DNA of 64,000 nt from NCBI GenBank assembly GCA_028023455.1, contig JAQFVV010000004.1:17050001-17114000 (forward strand), read 5' to 3'. Below, piece by piece: positions 63,607 to 64,000 of the stretch; the stretch's first letter is position 1, and each line of letters begins with the position of its first letter. Origin of the DNA: Epiperipatus broadwayi. Taxonomy: Eukaryota > Animalia > Onychophora. Position numbers and translations under genes: made by a program. The notes under the pieces were generated by a model. The model made no database searches and was not told the origin of the DNA. It was given only the letters and a program-made list of their open reading frames with translations.

Positions 63607-64000
63607 TGCTCAGTTTATATTAAGATAGCCAATCTTCATACTTTAATGGACAGGCTTCAATCCACTGCAACTTCCAACTCTTCAGCCATCCATATCATTG
63701 AAAATCTGATGATGAAAACTCAAATCCCATGTTGATGCTAATATTATTGCCATGCCCATGTTGACCTGAAGTCACTCTGACCCCTCATTATATGTATTTA
63801 ATGGATACTGTCCTATACATGAGGGGTCAGAGTGACTTCAGGTCAACATGGGCATGGCAATAATATTAGCATCAACATGGGATTTGAGTTTTCATCATCA
63901 GATTTTCAATGATATGGATGGCTGAAGAGTTGGAGGTTGCACTGGATTGAAGCCTGTCCATTAAAGTATGAAGATTGGCTATCTTAATATAAACTGAGCA
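63607..64000. repeat. Near-perfect palindrome with 182-bp arms and a 30-bp spacer
   Basis: 63607-63788 versus 63819-64000 with 2 mismatches seen. It reaches the last base of the window, and the arms contain a SINE-like B-box remnant (actcaaatccca). Confidence 0.92.

Noticed and set aside
63706-63722. CTGATGATGAAAAC as a hammerhead
   Set aside because: There is no room for stem II between the two core segments.

Overview
Very AT-rich eukaryotic DNA, probably from an invertebrate animal. It has GT-AG introns and no operons or CRISPR arrays. Seven phase-compatible + strand exons between 13.1 and 60.9 kb splice into one open frame. I recognise its motifs, from memory and not from a search, as the ciliary gene TBC1D32/broad-minded. 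The introns are 1-12 kb long and packed with mobile DNA: five Ty3/Gypsy (Mag/K02A2.6-like) elements, two complete with LTRs and 5-bp TSDs; several Penelope-like elements (PLEs) with inverted 3' duplications; RTE-type LINE relics; a hAT/ZMYM1-like transposase relic; SINEs; and fold-back palindromes. The most notable hidden layer is about a dozen type I hammerhead ribozyme (HHR) motifs from at least six families. One is a tandem ~400-bp array with two essentially intact HHRs (50.9-51.8 kb), i.e. a putative non-LTR retrozyme that could make a circular RNA. A second, circularly permuted retrozyme-like family lies at 14-16.6 kb. The PLE HHR cores show C-G, U-A, A-U and U-G at the tertiary 3-8 position. 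A full-length tRNA-Gly(TCC) copy sits exactly at the RT/RNase H deletion junction of one Gypsy element. All coordinates were read by eye, and the edges of decayed elements are approximate.
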